64,000 nucleotides of DNA from Glycera tridactyla (Eukaryota): NCBI GenBank assembly GCA_965644265.1, contig OZ286461.1, positions 95,046,001-95,110,000 of the forward strand. Reading direction: 5' to 3'. A program made the translations under genes and the position numbers. Every line of letters starts with the position of its first letter. Position 1 is the first letter of the stretch. This document shows positions 62,153 through 64,000 of this stretch, piece after piece. The notes beneath the pieces are model-generated. The model saw only the letters and a list, made by a program, of their open reading frames with translations. It was not told the DNA's origin and searched no databases.

Positions 62153-63773
62153 TAAGATGGAAAATTCCAAGCCATGGTATAGTCTAAGACATAAATCAGT
62201 GGCGTATACAGGGGGTGACACGAGAGGCCTGTGCCGCCCTTTCAGCCTGACCACAACCTTTCTTTTGTTTTTCATCCACCCCTTCTTTCCACTCCAGCCT
62301 GTTTGGTGCCCCCCCCCCCTTGGGAAAGTTCTGAATACTGTACATCTCAAGTAATTCAGATTGCTCCTATGTCATGTCTGTTTTTCTTGTCATCCACAGA
62401 AAAGAAAATGAAAAACTGCCACAGACAGTATATCCCAAACTAAAGGTGCTTTTTCACAGAGGGCAATAACACCTTTAAAAATTATTCAGATGTGAAGCTC
62501 TGATAATATGCACCGCATCACTTGATTATAATCATTTTGTGAAAGTTTGGTGAAAATTGCATGTGATATGAATGAGGAGTTGCTCAACCAAGAGAGTGAT
62601 GCACAGACAGACACCGACCATTTCTAAATCCCCTACGCCTTTTGGCAGGAGATAATAATGAGCAAGATGCTGGACAACAGAGTTTGGACAGGAGGAATAT
62701 GCTCTAAACTGTGCATAGCAGCCAAGCCTTGATAGTACAGCTCAGGGCTCTACGCTAATGGTTGCCCTACTAGCACAGGCAAGCAGATTTGTTGTTAGGG
62801 CAGGTAATTTTATCAATCTGCCTGCCCGATGGGCAGGTACTCAATCATTATTTGGGCTATGATTATATGTAGGAGGGCAGGTGAAAATGACCAGGAGGGC
62901 AGGTAAAAATCCTACTTCACCTGATCAAAAGACAGCTGAAGAGAAATGTCAATGTAGAGCCCTAAGATGGAAAATTCCAAGCCATGGTATAGTCTAAGAC
63001 ATAAATCAGTGGCGTATACAGGGGGTGACACGAGAGGCCTGTGCCGCCCTTTCAGCCTGACCACAACCTTTCTTTTGTTTTTCATCCACCCCTTCTTTCC
63101 ACTCCAGCCTGTTTGGTGCCCCCCCCCCCCTTGGGAAAGTTCTGAATACTGTACATCTCAAGTAATTCAGATTGCTCCTATGTCATGTCTGTTTTTCTTG
63201 TCATCCACAGAAAAGAAAATGAAAAACTGCCACAGACAGTATATCCCAAACTAAAGGTGCTTTTTCACAGAGGGCAATAACACCTTTAAAAATTATTCAG
63301 ATGTGAAGCTCTGATAATATGCACCGCATCACTTGATTATAATCATTTTGTGAAAGTTTGGTGAAAATTGCATGTGATATGAATGAGGAGTTGCTCAACC
63401 AAGAGAGTGATGCACAGACAGACACCGACCATTTCTAAATCCCCTACGCCTTTTGGCAGGAGATAATAATGAGCAAGATGCTGGACAACAGAGTTTGGAC
63501 AGGAGGAATATGCTCTAAACTGTGCATAGCAGCCAAGCCTTGATAGTACAGCTCAGGGCTCTACGCTAATGGTTGCCCTACTAGCACAGGCAAGCAGATT
63601 TGTTGTTAGGGCAGGTAATTTTATCAATCTGCCTGCCCGATGGGCAGGTACTCAATCATTATTTGGGCTATGATTATATGTAGGAGGGCAGGTGAAAATG
63701 ACCAGGAGGGCAGGTAAAAATCCTACTTCACCTGATCAAAAGACAGCTGAAGAGAAATGTCAATGTAGAGCCC
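62153..63773. repeat. Near-perfect 810/811-bp tandem duplication
   Basis: 62153-62962 and 62963-63773 look identical by eye except for one extra C in a poly-C run. Confidence 0.95.
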
Positions 63774-63775
63774 TG
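63554..63775. mobile_element. Small TIR element (hAT-like termini); twin copy at 62743-62963
   Basis: TIRs cagggctctac / gtagagccctg with internal gggcaggt repeats. Only a 5-bp cagct duplication flanks it, so the superfamily is uncertain. Confidence 0.6.
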
Positions 63776-63831
63776 CAGCTGGAAATTATTTGTCACAAAA
63801 TACCAGAAATAGTTTGTTACATGTCCCATTA

Positions 63832-63991
63832 CAGTGAACCCTGCGACAACGGACCGCCCAAAATGTCATCAGAATATGGTCTCTTGTCGGAGGTATATTT
63901 GACTATGCCAAATAGAAAAGCTGCCCTGGAAAAGTGCTCTCCTGGTGGAGGTGGTCTCTCATCGGGGGATCTCTTGTTGCATGCTTCACTG
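63832..63991. mobile_element. Tc1/mariner-type MITE, diverged
   Basis: TA-cagtgaacc ... cttcactg-TA, with the family's internal motifs. Confidence 0.65.
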
Positions 63992-64000
63992 TACACACGG

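Overview
Eukaryotic DNA, probably from a marine invertebrate (inferred from the repeat content). The right half holds one spliced gene on the minus strand: the COPII cargo adaptor Sec24 of the SEC24C/D type. I traced 21 GT-AG coding exons by hand (61069 to 32773, 3522 nt, about 1173 aa), and all intron phases are consistent. The left half is a cluster of transposable elements: (1) two diverged copies of a non-coding repeat of at least 2.25 kb; (2) a full-length L1/Tx1-type LINE with both ORFs open and a 12-bp TSD, inserted in the microsatellite tail of an older L2-like LINE; (3) a CR1-like fragment; (4) a decayed, gag-less DIRS1-type tyrosine-recombinase retroelement that keeps its ITR/ICR ends; (5) SINEs, Harbinger and Tc1/mariner MITEs, and Helentron-like elements. 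The best leads are a chain of overlapping TAATG stop-start mini-ORFs between LINE ORF1 and ORF2, a candidate alternative last exon of Sec24, and a candidate internal Sec24 promoter upstream of an ATG-initiated microexon. A divergent but hairpin-conserving block in the large repeat is also worth checking. No prokaryotic features or CRISPR arrays were found. Identities are by-eye estimates, and no database searches were run.
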